From Endomicrobiales bacterium (lineage in GTDB: Bacteria > Elusimicrobiota > Endomicrobiia > Endomicrobiales > CAWCFT01): a DNA stretch of 64,000 bases. Each line of letters starts with the position of its first letter. Position 1 is the stretch's first letter. The stretch is taken from positions 1 through 64,000 of the forward strand of contig CAWCFT010000018.1 of assembly GCA_963794945.1 (NCBI GenBank), in the 5' to 3' direction. The position numbers were made by a program, and so were the translations under genes. The notes below the pieces were generated by a model. It saw nothing but the letters and a program-made list of their open reading frames with translations. It had not been told where the DNA came from and searched no databases. Shown in pieces: positions 40,701 to 50,800 of this stretch.

Positions 40701-43700
40701 AGATAGATGGTTCCATAATTGAAGTGCCGGGCAAAGCCCGCGCTAAGATAACAGTCACAACTACTATAACAATTTCCCAAGATATATCGTTCGTTCAGAT
40801 GTTGAGTCTTGTAACCGCGCTTTATCAGGATATGCTCGACAACAGCCGGGAGAAGAGCGCACACTACAGAGAGCTGCTGCGCGGAAAGATCAAAGACGTT
40901 GAAAACATAGCGAAAAATATTATTTACGCTGCAAATTATCTTGAAACTTTGAAATCCGTATGGCCGGAAACACTCGGGCTTGATACCGGTAAGTCAGCTG
41001 AATTCACAGGGTATCTAGACCAAATGATAAGTGGTTTCCGTAAGCTTACTAAAGGATACAAAATACGATCGGCAGATCCTTTGCAAGCGCAGAAGGAGAT
41101 AGCCGAGAACTGGCTTGGCGTTGACCAGGCCTGGCTAGATTCCATTATAAAACGTTTCCCCAAAGAAAATCGGCTGGGAGCTGTTAAAACTCTGTTTGCC
41201 GCGAATCAGAGCCGATGGGAGCGCAGCATCGCTTACGAAATGGCCGCGCCAGCCCGTGAACTTGATGCCGCTGTATTGGAAAAAGGCGGCAGGCTGCTTG
41301 ATACGATAAAAAGCAAGCCGTCACTAACACGGAGCATAATAGCATTGATTTACGGTTTATTTAAGCCGGGATATAAAATGCCTGAAACCTTGCTCGAGGA
41401 GATCGATGAAGCGGTTGCCGATAAAACCAGAGGTATGGATAAAACCAGCCCTGCGTTCGCAAAAACACTGATGTCTATTGTTGAGAACAGGGTGCACAAA
41501 TATTATGATATGTTGCTTTTTAGCGGCAGCGCATTCAATAGTTCTAGTTTGCGCCTGTTTGCGGCAGAGCTTGGCGTTAACCCGCAAGTCCTTGCAAAGG
41601 TGTATGAAATATCCCCGTCACGCATTGTTGAAACGCGGCATATGGCATGTATTATGCAAAACTACCTGTGCGGCAGGATACTTCAGCAAAAAGGATTTCA
41701 GGTGTACTGGGCTAATGTACACGAAGACGCAAACAGTGAACAAATTGTTCATTCCGTTATACTTGCAAAGCTTCCAAGCGGTCTTTACAGGATCATCGAC
41801 GCTACCGCTATTAAAGGTTCGGGCGAAATTTCAGCGAATTATCTCGCACCCGGTGAAGTTGAGCAGAGGCTTAAAGAATCCCCGGTATTTTCTAAAACAC
41901 TTAACATCAACAGCCGGTCTCTGCATCACTTAATAAGTGTATTTGCTTTTGAGGAAGGCGCGCGTACAACTATTTATAATAACCTTGGGCTGGTAATCAA
42001 GGCTCAGAATAAATTCTCGGAAGCCGAAGCGATATTCAAAAATACCAGGATAAATAACGATAATTTCGAGGCTTCTTATAACCTCGGGAATTTATATTTC
42101 AACCGGGCGCGCTTCGATGAGGCTGAAACTGCCTACAAAAATTCGTTAACAGTGTATCCCAAATTTGTTGGAACATGGAACAACCTGGCTGCTGCGCTGG
42201 ACGAACAAGGCCAGCCCGATGCAGCTTATATTGCAAACAGTTACAAGTATCGCTGTATAAACGGAGAACTAATTGATATTAAGAAGGCCTTTGCCGAGAT
42301 CGATAATGCAAAGGAGAAAACTCTCCCCGAATTTTCTGCGCCGGATAGTGACGATAATTCACGGACTGGCAAGACCAGCTCATTTTTTGGCGTTGCCAAG
42401 AAGGCACTAATGTACATCTCATCCGTGTTCGCTATGCTGGCGTTTACGGTGCATATATCTAACAACCACATTTTCGAAACGACAGTGCCAAACAAAACAA
42501 TGCCTGCGCTGATAAAAAACACTGCATCTAAACAAACTGCTGCCGTTTCCACAATTAACGAAAGAATTAATTCGATCAATGCCACTTCTTCAAGCGCAGG
42601 CCGGTCACATATAAATCAGCTGTTTTTACACCCAGCCCCGCCCCAATATTTCGCGGACACCTTACCTCGCCAAATGCTTGCATATTTTGCCGAGCTTATG
42701 GACCATGTTCAGTTCATCTTCGCTGAAAACAATGAGCTTCCAGCCTGCGGTTTCATCATTGAAGAACACTCGCCGATCGAAATAGACGGAACTATAATCG
42801 ATATGCCTGGAAAAGCCCGCAGAAAGGTCACCGTTAACACCACGATCACAATATCTGATGATATATCATTTGTTCAGATGCTGGGCCTTATTACAACGCT
42901 TTACCAGCAAATGCTTGACAATAGCCAGGGCAAGCCAGAACAATATAAACAGCTTCTGCATGACAAATTAAATAATATCGATAACATCGCAAAGAATTTT
43001 ATCTATGCCGCTGAATATCTTGACACTGTTAAAAGTTCCTGGCCAGAAAAACTGGGCCTTAACACAACTGAAACCATCCGGTTTGATAATTACATTGAAT
43101 ATGTTATAAACGGCCTGCGCAAACTGGCTGGAGGTTACGAAATTGCACACCAGGATTCGCTTGCTGTTAAAAAGGCAGCCGCTGAGGCCTGGCTGAGCAT
43201 TGACCAGAACTGGCTTGACAGCATACAGAACCGTTTCCCCGAAGATCCGGCTAAACGCTTGGAATTTATTATGTCCCAGCTCAACGCAAAACAAGACGCC
43301 TGGGCCCGCGAAGCCGCGGACGGGCTGGCCTCCCCAGCCCGTGAGCTCAATGCCGCGGTTATGCAAAGAGGCGGGAACCTGCTGTTAGACAGCCTTAAGA
43401 GTAAAGCCGACCCGGCCAGAACGCTTATACAAGAGATCGATATTAAGATCAAAGAGTTCCAGCCAACGGATCCGGAATATACAAATAAGCTTATATCTAT
43501 CGTTCAGGACAATGTCAAGCCTTACTTCGACAAGACTCTTTATGATAACAATCCCAAAGCATTCAGCGAAAGTTTACAAAAGTTATCAACGGATCTCGGT
43601 ATTAGCCCTCAAACGCTCGCGCTTTTGGGTGAAATATCCCCCACGGAAATTACCGAAACAAACCACATGGTATGTGTGATGAAATCGTATTTATGTGGCC

Positions 43701-44833
43701 TTATATTGGAGCAATATGGTGTGCCTGTTTACTGGCTGGATGTAGTGAAAACGGTAACAGATGCAGAGGAAGTTCATGTTAGTATACTCGCCAGGCTTCC
43801 AAACGGCCTTTACCGCATAGTGGACGCCGCTTTCCCGAAAGGGTCGGGAGAAGTGCCTGAGCAGTATTTAACGGCAGGAGAAGTCGAAAAACTACTTACA
43901 AAATCACCCACAGTAACTAAAACGCTCGATATTAACAGTAAATCGCTCCATCACGTAATAAAGATCTTTCGGTCTTTTGAAGCCGGCGCGCGCGGAAGCG
44001 TTTATAAAAATCTCGGTATCATTTTTAATTCGCTTAACAGGTATGCCGAGGCAGAGAAAGCCTTCAGAAAAGCCTTGGATACCGATTCCCAGGATTTCTT
44101 GTCTTGGAGCAGGCTCGGTTCCTCGCTTTTACGGCAGAATAAATTTGCCCAAGCAGAGGACGCATTCAAAAATTCTCTGAAAAACAATCCTGGAAATATT
44201 AATGCCTGGAACAGGGTTGCGATCGCTCTATTAAATCAAAATCAATCCGTTGCAGCGCAGATAGCGCGCGATTGTTGTGACCGTTTATTGAAAGGCGAAC
44301 AAATTGATATCAATAAGGCTTTTGCCGAGATCGACGCGGCAAAAAAGAAAGTATTTATTTCCGGACTTGGCTTTAACTTTGACCTTGAAGGTTATCAGGC
44401 CTTCCTAGGCGCCCTGGGCATCGGCCTTGACGTTACCGCGGCTGGCTTTGCGCAAGCCGTCATCAAACAATTCACAGGTGATAACGGCGCCGATATCGTT
44501 ACTCCCGAAAATGCTTCGCCTGAAGGAAAGCAGGCTCTTGATAACGCTGGCAGGCTTTCTGTTGAACTATCCGGATACCTAAAGTCAAAGAATATCTCTT
44601 CCACCGCGCGCGTCGTTGTTACAAAAGGCGATAATACCTTCGTTAAATTCGGTAACCGCGTCTGCGGTATGCCGACATTCCTTCGTAAAGCTGATGACGG
44701 CTCTTTAACGCTATATATACACCAGGAATTCCTTAATGCCCTGTACGCTGAGCAGGCGAGACACGCTAAAGAAAGGGCTGCCGCTTCTTCCAAGAGGCGA
44801 TATCATCGCCCAGTTCGTTGGCGAAGAAGTTGA
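31670..44833 (+). CDS. Giant protein B fragment 4: repeats R1/R3/R4/R2, RelA/SpoT-type HD hydrolase, two transglutaminase-like+TPR units
   Basis: 4387 aa ORF. HD motifs HGTPDQRR..PYYFHP..LLHDIVED..AADRLHN; C...H...D motifs; TPRs such as YNNLG and WNNLA. Confidence 0.85.
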   Translation: MIFSLFLAARLAKKETLILKNHNTGNNMGLITGGQNDDILSRCIENNGENLSFPFLKKLLYYMTGFSIAGTGAVSDVPETINNIPSQIKKEDARIALFCQTLDGKNTYGMPTLQNMATAGEILNSKEQCYAGVVWQGEERNELYIVAVPVSETNIYNLQLGILGQYLITIAKFERTQKNMSSTEISAVKQNIFAAASSVLSQMGTRAYSLTIDPQNGTAIKPFPLESLVSVIYESSVRQSLMGMFKKMQESTSEQALSKLQGPTADEGDVLSVMLINFTRNKDRLLEQSCYRTYKEIVDDMFKQYQYFEIHAYYAYIAQIVAKHCEKSDLPANLKKQFKDIILSTFFDKNGKALKPYLAVAPEYYVLNKLAEADILVLRERVKTLKGPTLRSGQILNVLEILDEMDSKDLQKVIIVLEDAMIWIDFLSIAGDSFNVNMDVMLPNWCLQYFIKNGTDINSNNLQTYEYAIYATARLIAAVRYDENNHKRSPEGLETILSYIKLKARYQLIAQQQKQNSGNSDNLFSALSVVAEEALNLTGGALEQELQKISVKIGRLFSWHFAVNSHAEALKQMFIDKGRAYGINADNIIIKPITKFEQFTDAKGKTRLSVSRFVPEDGKYVLYIHQRFLDALFSMTEEQKNDIYEQYHCGPPETFAIEEVQEFAEIQKLVQLGVSFDKAYEQYHTANPHHNVFTETALQTAAKQIDVLKRCIENNKNNLALPLRKLRYYSTGFSISDSGEVSDVPETVNGIPWQIDIPDARVALFWQKLDGKDKFGMPTPADILTAAGSLAGKEPRYAGVVWQKEAQGNLYIVVVPVSANNNYESALRTLSKYLSDIAAFEGQEKVINSADPFPEEQDAYMLASMLLSQMGARAYSVTIDPENGAAITPMSQESLVRAFYKPSEEQTDSEQPDKRQTNISEKTLFNLRGPHTDEGDLLGVLLLSFTKNTGLLLEEPCFVIYKDILTDTIKQKIYIDIHEDYSSVEKIVDRRCDESVLPANLKRLLKEIILSTLFDKNAKALEPKVRANAWVYVQNKLAEADLRILRERIKILKGPSVKSGKMLNVLNALDAMDNFDIQKTNVILSQAKDLLDILQNKYGNTFNNSVEDTLKLWCIQNSKISSAAGIDNNFEAHFDAAIIFAKLIIAVWYDENNTKRSPEDMQTILSYLQIKGRLQLISQQHSKEQVKENEQGQDTSNHLGIGLEAIIWAAQGILTIMPGVEQSALTAVELAKSIIRGAVIVSNSGGFARESTYTLDQIVPELARDIEYYNTLCPVNGLRLSKVKVLESKSDYIATNDSLGFASMETLAFDEETMTVKTADNKGNLKTLTDRLRHEFNENMAMNIEGSVQFAALNYFLVKSHVAKPHMPRGNLSGEELINCWHACESDIAGNQDEYRELFKNDKDLEAIERLIAFANEDSTKLLKVYKSLSEIIAGLAKSVLAKPVVVDKVEKQPQVFSKYIPTIPPGAFNALTSPEFKKTIDSLTQEVNDPYSKVGIKRQSIIKQSGQPLEKYKKFMLWQGEQKGVRGKGMFSCAGRFNSFRPFAESENITDVYSNGPEYFGNTNDIIEEYSAKYDDRSYILSGIQYETYDEGKAAWPKKAPGIIAIAKIISWLGGAIDGVYYFDVDETGRFSFVNKNETISGSRHNAVIEFTVNGVKKRFWYTQLDAKALTDNNKRYIDRIGFDNFLVTGLNGSIMYADDNGVRDYDDLLKIRSKNTGEQERSKTIIELQMAAAVRNGALVTIDVYKFEGETAYRLCYRGYPVKTILLKPGQNYGYNTGKAGGKIYFLRNAEGLIGSQWRRNDINLNDKPNILRQTLMFLLIPFFAFNSYFPQLKAAPHDTAVTSKLSAAYLYRASAGKAIDWLARGSEYARMKGFLQRYFDIENPAADMQALIKRASRGFDSDMETRAVDLINKMRKAVPDGFVFSKLGAGDFSLLMHILRNPELEILLFDRETLEVYLSENIIGGVPAAQLSNLQMLRIYLISEALSDYAPVSTQDSLARIIYKNMQETDKGNKNGISGRAVFEQGNIGFHEGNLNFGEQGEIFSPDILCALDIDVPDSAAAGISELPRLVIKTLGHPYGYDEVIDVNSLKAAVIISGKDESGQPYSINLGERILSCDENRSAPAEQPEPEEDTTYPAIDHIAATGNHLGIGGEVVLGAVNIITDSILEIFMQLPGAAEAQLTAAQLVQELTDSFIKRTSHEEFYPAKYYLPEELDTKLARDIEYYNSFRPDGGEKLEKISVVESKTGYIAAENGLGFASMENLAFDKNTVIIKTAYNNDRAKTLAMRIRHEINENMARNVAGSVQFTALDHFLAKAHRARDSLSNDELTNHWHECEKDIAGNQDEYKALFKTAQDTIAIDRLISFTLKDLKQLKKSGKSIPKIFAKFIRFFLESRRIELPDEISAAITSKIIDYFDSLKPSVKPPAEMKLGEFADPADLYSAMKAAIAKNAAIKGKSFDFALLDKAYKLVIDEHGTPDQRRGDGRPYYFHPLEIAYYISVDLEKTNQNLILAALLHDIVEDDTSISYDDIPKLFNKDVADIVDDLTHNDNLSKNKGRLYKRLEHINRILTKSNKDSILIKAADRLHNLLTDARAPHPKAGYMDLIETQQWMKFVMRPEVPGPLRRQLLLLLESKLNDQIINEPLSPEAAAATGSTVTNLLPGETADYLQKLTAFADEYQLLRTLIPVKSNENNEIQLASAGGMQWPELTKKLNHFSCQATIIDRNVIAPYEQPGLIDAHSALSRLIGYGVESFDKYRAVYYAAQNTDFLNALKGYTFETFPWQKLWGPYFKEASIAWAVRNLIGTSAAFEEFKVLARDSALIRLINSESRNRRLYFDSEILYVDGVYTIPVASIKPLPAEKIVILTPLGPSSRQVCIEPVLLRLGKFLRERGWNLHVNWGSMPAGYDGFSIAGAQGIFDNNANIPAGNITPAHLEEINRLKNVSEESKGTPYTFQPDFFYPSYFANEMPRAILANFAELMDHVQFAFADSSRLPAAGFTIKDHEPVEIDGSIIEVPGKARAKITVTTTITISQDISFVQMLSLVTALYQDMLDNSREKSAHYRELLRGKIKDVENIAKNIIYAANYLETLKSVWPETLGLDTGKSAEFTGYLDQMISGFRKLTKGYKIRSADPLQAQKEIAENWLGVDQAWLDSIIKRFPKENRLGAVKTLFAANQSRWERSIAYEMAAPARELDAAVLEKGGRLLDTIKSKPSLTRSIIALIYGLFKPGYKMPETLLEEIDEAVADKTRGMDKTSPAFAKTLMSIVENRVHKYYDMLLFSGSAFNSSSLRLFAAELGVNPQVLAKVYEISPSRIVETRHMACIMQNYLCGRILQQKGFQVYWANVHEDANSEQIVHSVILAKLPSGLYRIIDATAIKGSGEISANYLAPGEVEQRLKESPVFSKTLNINSRSLHHLISVFAFEEGARTTIYNNLGLVIKAQNKFSEAEAIFKNTRINNDNFEASYNLGNLYFNRARFDEAETAYKNSLTVYPKFVGTWNNLAAALDEQGQPDAAYIANSYKYRCINGELIDIKKAFAEIDNAKEKTLPEFSAPDSDDNSRTGKTSSFFGVAKKALMYISSVFAMLAFTVHISNNHIFETTVPNKTMPALIKNTASKQTAAVSTINERINSINATSSSAGRSHINQLFLHPAPPQYFADTLPRQMLAYFAELMDHVQFIFAENNELPACGFIIEEHSPIEIDGTIIDMPGKARRKVTVNTTITISDDISFVQMLGLITTLYQQMLDNSQGKPEQYKQLLHDKLNNIDNIAKNFIYAAEYLDTVKSSWPEKLGLNTTETIRFDNYIEYVINGLRKLAGGYEIAHQDSLAVKKAAAEAWLSIDQNWLDSIQNRFPEDPAKRLEFIMSQLNAKQDAWAREAADGLASPARELNAAVMQRGGNLLLDSLKSKADPARTLIQEIDIKIKEFQPTDPEYTNKLISIVQDNVKPYFDKTLYDNNPKAFSESLQKLSTDLGISPQTLALLGEISPTEITETNHMVCVMKSYLCGLILEQYGVPVYWLDVVKTVTDAEEVHVSILARLPNGLYRIVDAAFPKGSGEVPEQYLTAGEVEKLLTKSPTVTKTLDINSKSLHHVIKIFRSFEAGARGSVYKNLGIIFNSLNRYAEAEKAFRKALDTDSQDFLSWSRLGSSLLRQNKFAQAEDAFKNSLKNNPGNINAWNRVAIALLNQNQSVAAQIARDCCDRLLKGEQIDINKAFAEIDAAKKKVFISGLGFNFDLEGYQAFLGALGIGLDVTAAGFAQAVIKQFTGDNGADIVTPENASPEGKQALDNAGRLSVELSGYLKSKNISSTARVVVTKGDNTFVKFGNRVCGMPTFLRKADDGSLTLYIHQEFLNALYAEQARHAKERAAASSKRRYHRPVRWRRS

Positions 44834-47800
44834 CGAGCTGTTTGACATCGAGAACCTCTTATCAAACCAACATCTTTCTTCTGTTCAGGCTTATTTCCAA
44901 CACCACAATCAGCGGGAAAACTTTCCTCAAGCCCATAACGGTATCATAACATCTATCGCGGAACAGACCGGCCTTACTGTCCTGGGTGTTGAAGATAACA
45001 TCAATAACCAGCCAGGTGGATTCATTAGCGCTGCCAAGAAGGCGCTAATGTACGTCGCCTGCTGCTTCGCAGCGCTGGTGTTCATGATCAGAATTTCAAA
45101 CGCTCAAACAAATACAATAACCTTGCCTTATAACAATAATATTGCGCTAAGTAAAGACTCCTTGGTGAAACCGGGCCCTGCCAATCTTTTCAACTATGAA
45201 AATCGGTTGTTCTTGCATCCTATCCCGCCTGGATATTTCGCGGATACAATACAACGCAAGATGCTCTCCTATTTTGCCGAACTTATGGACCATATCCAGT
45301 TTGTCTTCGCCGACAGTTCCGAGCTCCCGGCTTCGGGATTTACAATAAAAGACCATGCCCCTATTATAGTTGACGGTACTATTATAGATGTTCCGGGTAA
45401 AGCTCACAGGAAGGTCACTGTGACCACTACTATCACCTTATCAAAAGATATATCGTTCGTTCAGATGCTGAACCTCGTTAGAACGCTTTACCAGCAAATG
45501 CTTGACAACAACCAGGGCAAGACTGAACAGTACAAGCAATACATTCAGCAGAAATTAAATAATATCGATAATATCGCGAAGAAGTTTATATATTCTGCCG
45601 ATTATCTTGACACTGTTAAAAATTCCTGGCCGAAAGAACTGGGCCTTAATTCGAACGAAACGCTGCAGTTCATAAATTACATTGATTTTGTCATAAACGG
45701 CCTGCGCAATATGGCTGGAGATTACGAAATTGTTCACCAGGACCAACCGGAAACCAGAACAACAACCGCTGAAAATTGGCTTGGCGTAAACCAAGATTGG
45801 ATCAATAGTATTGTGAACCAATTTCCAGGGGATTCTTCAAAGCGTATGCAATTCATTATTCAGCAATTCAATGCAAAACAAGATTTCTGGGCCCGCAATG
45901 CCGCAGACGGACTTGCCGCCCCCGCGCTGGAGCTTGACGCCGCGGTAATGGAAACTGGCGGGAGGCTGCTGGACGGCATTAAAATTTTTGGCGATACATC
46001 CGTGATGCTAAGCAATGTAGTAGCCAAAAAAATGAAAGGTATATCTCCATCGGACCCGAAATACACGGATAAAATTACGGAGCTGGTGCAGAAAAAAGTC
46101 GGGGAATACATAGATACAACCCTGATGAGCAGCCATCCTGAAAAATTCACTGAATTATATAAACAGGCCGCTGAAACTCTAGGAGTTAACCCGGCCGTAA
46201 TGGCAATTCTGGGAGAGATATCTCCGGCCAATATAGTCGAAACACAGCATATGGTTTGTGTTATGCGAGCCTGCCTGTGCGGCAGGATACTGCAGCAGTA
46301 TGGCATCAGGGTTTACTGGCTGGATGTTCAAGAAAGGGTAACCGGTGAAGAAGACGACCATGTCGCTTTACTTGCGCAGCTACCGAACGGGCTGTACCGG
46401 ATAGTAGATGCCGCTGTCCCGCAAGGCGCCGGGAATGTGCCAAAGCAATATATCGCGGCAGGAGAAATAGAAAAACTGCTTGCAAACACGCCTGTCATTA
46501 CAAAAACACTTGATACCACCAGCAGCCGGCTTCATCATATCATAAGGATAACCGATTTTGATGCCGGCTTACGGTCCAGCGTGTTTAACAATCTTGGCAT
46601 TGCCCTTTCCAAAATGGGGCATCACAGTGAAGCCGAGCTGGCTTATAAAAAATCTTTGGAGATTAACTCCATTAACGCTTCCGCGTTGGCAAATTTGGGG
46701 CTAGCATATTTTCATATGGGGAGGCTCACAGATTGTGAAAATTGTGTTAAAAAAGCGGTTGAGATAAACCCGCGGTTTTATATGGCGTGGTATAAACTGG
46801 CTGTCGCGCTTTTCGGCCAGCAGCGATATGCCGAATCCGACCAGGCACTTAGAAAGTGCCTGGAAATAAACCCTCAATTTACCTCATCCTGGAGTAAAAT
46901 GGTATCGACTCTTAGCGCCCAGCAACAACCCGCCGCAGCAAAAATTGCGGGTAAATATTGCGTTCGATCCATGGCGGGTGATCATATTAACCCGAAATCA
47001 GCCTTTGAAGAGATAGATGGGGCAACAAGCCACACGACGCTGGCAAATATTAATAAACTTGGCATCAATCGGCAGGATATCGATGTTATCGCCATCGCGG
47101 CCATGGAAATATTAAACCAGCTGCCGGCAACCGCAAAACTGCAGTTAACCGCTGGTCAATTGGCTCAGGAATTACTTGAACTGGGAGCTGACATAGCAAC
47201 AGTAAAGGAGTTTAATTCACAAACCGTTTACAACCTTGAAGACCTTGACCAGGAGCTTGCACGGGATATCGATTATTATAACGCTTTTTGCCCGGTAGGC
47301 GGGATAAAGCTGACAAAATTATCTGTCACTGAATCATCAGCCGGCTACATAACATTAAAGGACAGCTTTGGATTAGCGAGCATGGACAGCATTTCTTTCA
47401 ATAATGATACAGCGAACATAAAAACAGCCAACAACAAGAATAATCCTAAAATACTGACAAACCGCCTCAGGCACGAATTCAACGAGAATATGGCCGAGAA
47501 TATAATTGATTCTATTCAGTATAAGGCGCTTAACCATTTCCTCGGCAAAATACACGCGGCCCGTAACAATTTAAGTAATGCTGAACTGACAAATTACTGG
47601 CATGAGTGTGAAGTCGACATCGCGCGGCATCAAGGTGAATATAGGGCGCTGGCCAAAACGGGCCAGGAACAGCCCGCGGCCGAACGGCTTATCGCTTTTG
47701 CTAAAATTGATTCAAGGCAGATAAAACTTGCTTACAGGTTTATCGCTAAGATCTTTGTTGATCTGCTCAAGACACTGCTGCAAAACAAACAGATAGAGCT

Positions 47801-50800
47801 TCCCGCCGAAACATCAGCGGGCATTGTCCTGATAATTCAAGGATTGTTTACGCAGCATTGGAATAGGTCAAAAACAGATCAGCCAACCGGCTCAACTGAG
47901 GCTGACTCCGGACTACCAGGCAGTGATGAAACGGTGCCGGAACAAAACACCGGCGATGGCCGTATCCCAGCGTCAAATGTTACGGAGTTCGCCGCTAATC
48001 GTCCTACCGCAGAAGAATACGCTAGAAAACTTGTCGCTGACAAACAACTAACGCTCACAGCGGACGATGGCAAGCAGTTCCGCTTTGTCTATGAAAACAT
48101 GCCTTCCAATGAATTTAAGCTTATAACCTATGACAATATGACTAATGAACAAGTTGGATTTATAGATGTCCGCGGCAATCGCATAGATTCTGCTTTTAAT
48201 GAAATATTTATTGGTGAACCGGCCATAGTAGTGGACAATAGGTATAATGAGCGATACCGCGGTATCGGCTCAGCTCTTTTGCGGCTTTCAATGTCGGTGA
48301 CAAAGAATAATGGGTATAAAGAGTTTGATGTCTTATACGGCAGTAAGGCGGCAAAGTTTTATAGAAGCGCTGGTTTTGAAGAGATAAATCATGAAACGGG
48401 CAAATTTTCTTTCGATTTTACAAAGAAAAAAATAGGCGGAATTCTGCTCGAATACTTTCCTAAACCCGAATTTCTGGTAAATGAGATCGCTAAATTAAGG
48501 AAAATAGACTCAGCGGCCGCGGACATCCTTCTGAAGCGTTTGGGGATGACTTCCAGGGCTGACAAAGATGGTTTGCGGTATTTAAACGAAGATATTCAGT
48601 GGTTCAGAACACATAGAAAAACTAAAGACGGTGTGTATTTTGACCCTATCGATAAAAACAACCCTAAAGTGTCCGTTATTTTACTTCATTATGGGAATTC
48701 AGTTAAAGATACATTACAGGCCCTCAACAACCTTTCACTGAATACCTATCCTGATCTTGATGTTATTCTCGTAGACAACAATTCTCCCGTTCCGATCGAA
48801 CAGAAAGATATCTCCGCCAAAATAGCGGATAAGTTAAAGATAAAGCTTATTAAGAGCCCCGTGAATCTCGGTTACTGCGGGGGCAATAATATGGCCGCGC
48901 GCGCAGCTCTAAACAACGGCGCGGACTATGTTTTCCTGTTTAATAATGACGGCTTGATAGAAAAAGACGGGATACAGAAAATGATAGATAAGCTCAAGGG
49001 CCATCCTGAAATCGGGGCCATACAGCCAAGCCTTTATACAACCAATGAGCTCAAAGAAATAAATGAAAAGGGTGTTCTGCCGGAAGAACAGGGCACGGAT
49101 GCATTAAACAGGACTCTTGAATTCACTTACGGCTTGGAAAAAACCAATACCGCTTCAAAATTATCCGACAACTTGTATCAAAAAGAAATATCCCTGCTGG
49201 GCACCGCGCAAATGGTCCGGTCGGACATGATCCGTTTGAGCGGCATGTTCGATACAAGGTTGTTTATGTACGCGGATGAGGCTTACCTGGGTTATCGCTA
49301 TAGCATGACCGGCCTGAAAATGGGAATGGTAACCGATGTGTTTTTTGCTCATCCGCCTTTTGCGGCCATTGAAACCCCGAAAGTATACAGTGAATACCTC
49401 ATCTGGCGCAATTATATGTTTGATGCGGAATATCTTTACAATATTGACGATATGGGAAAAAGGGCGGTTAAAAACCTCTTTGGGCCGCGTAACTTGTTCA
49501 TATCAAATGATGATGCAGTTTGGAGAATGGTGGAAGAAAGCGCCAATGAAAACGACATATTGCTTATTGCGGTAGTAAAGGGCATGTTTGACGGAGTTAT
49601 GGGACAGTATTCGCCAACTGTAGAAGGGCAAAACATGGACGAGAAAAAGCAGATCGCGACGTATTCAAAAGAGTTCGAGAAAATGATCGATGTTAACGGG
49701 ATTTTGCTTAGATTGATAAATGAAACCGATCCATATCAATCAAGGCTTATGATCTGGGGGCTGAATGCCGCCGACAGCAAGATACATAATATCGGCCAAT
49801 TGGACGGTATACAAAGGCAAAAACTAATCGACACACTGAAATATTATGTGTCAGAATGGAGAGATTGGGTAAAAACAAAACATAGAGACCAATCGGCAAT
49901 AACAAAAATAAGAAACGAATTTAAAAATGAACTTCTGGGTAAGATTAATGTATTCACACCGTCAGAAACCCTCGGGCATGAGCAATATTTAGACAGGTAT
50001 TCCGATAAATCTAATATTAACGATGAAGCTTATATGCAGGTGGCCCTTAACGAGTCGCGCAAAGCCGGCATCGAACGCTGGTTGTTTACAGCTTGTGTCG
50101 GCGCGGTTGTGGTAAGCGGCAAAGGCATTATTGTGGGCAGAGGGTATAACCGCATGTTCTCGCAGTTCCATGCGGAACACTATGCCATACTTGACGCGCT
50201 GTTTGCGCGCGTGGAGTCGCTTGCCGAAGGAAAACAGAAAGGTATAATGCGTAGCCGCATTAATGAAATACTGCGCACTGCGAACATGCCCCGAGCGCCC
50301 GATTATTATGATAATCTCGATGCGGCTATCACAGCGTTAAACAGGGATTTGGGCGGTGTTTTGCAAAATTCTCCAATTTATGTGACTATGCACCCCTGCG
50401 ATAAGTGCACAAATCTCATAATGTCTTTGGGTATGAAGCGTTTGGTTTATGGCGCCGAAATGCCGGGAGGCTCATTAGATAACGGGAAAAAGTTACGAAA
50501 CGCGGGGATGGAAACTACCGGCGGTGTTTTGGCGCGGGAGTCACGCACTGTAATGACCGGATACTTTCTGCTCAAAACCTATTTTTCATATATTCACGAG
50601 CTTATCCAGCGCCTTGAGCGTCAGATTATATCGCGCCGGCACTCCGTTTTAACTGCCAATGAAATGGCCTCTCTCAATAAGCCTGTTGAGCTGTCAAAAA
50701 CCACCGGATTAAATGTAACAGATGAGAACGAAAAAAAACCATCCACCCCGATTATAACTACCGAACCTGAAGAAGTCCTTCCAATAGTGCGAGGCCGGTC

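Larger units (their letters stand above)
28960..47850 (+). repeat. Internal domain repeats of giant gene B: R1 x3 (~29000, ~31820, ~33820), R2 x2 (~30150, ~36050), R3 x3 (~31165, ~33230, ~44400), R4 x3 (~35260, ~38120, ~47050), R5 x3 (~40550, ~42620, ~45210)
   Basis: Visible at protein and DNA level, e.g. ttcagcgccttaagc...gcagaagaggcgctcaacctgaccggc at ~31170 and ~33240. Confidence 0.9.

Noticed and set aside
28960..47850. CRISPR array or diversity-generating retroelement behind the repeats
   Set aside because: The repeats are long, in-frame and diverged at all bases. There is no repeat-spacer periodicity, cas gene or reverse transcriptase in the window.
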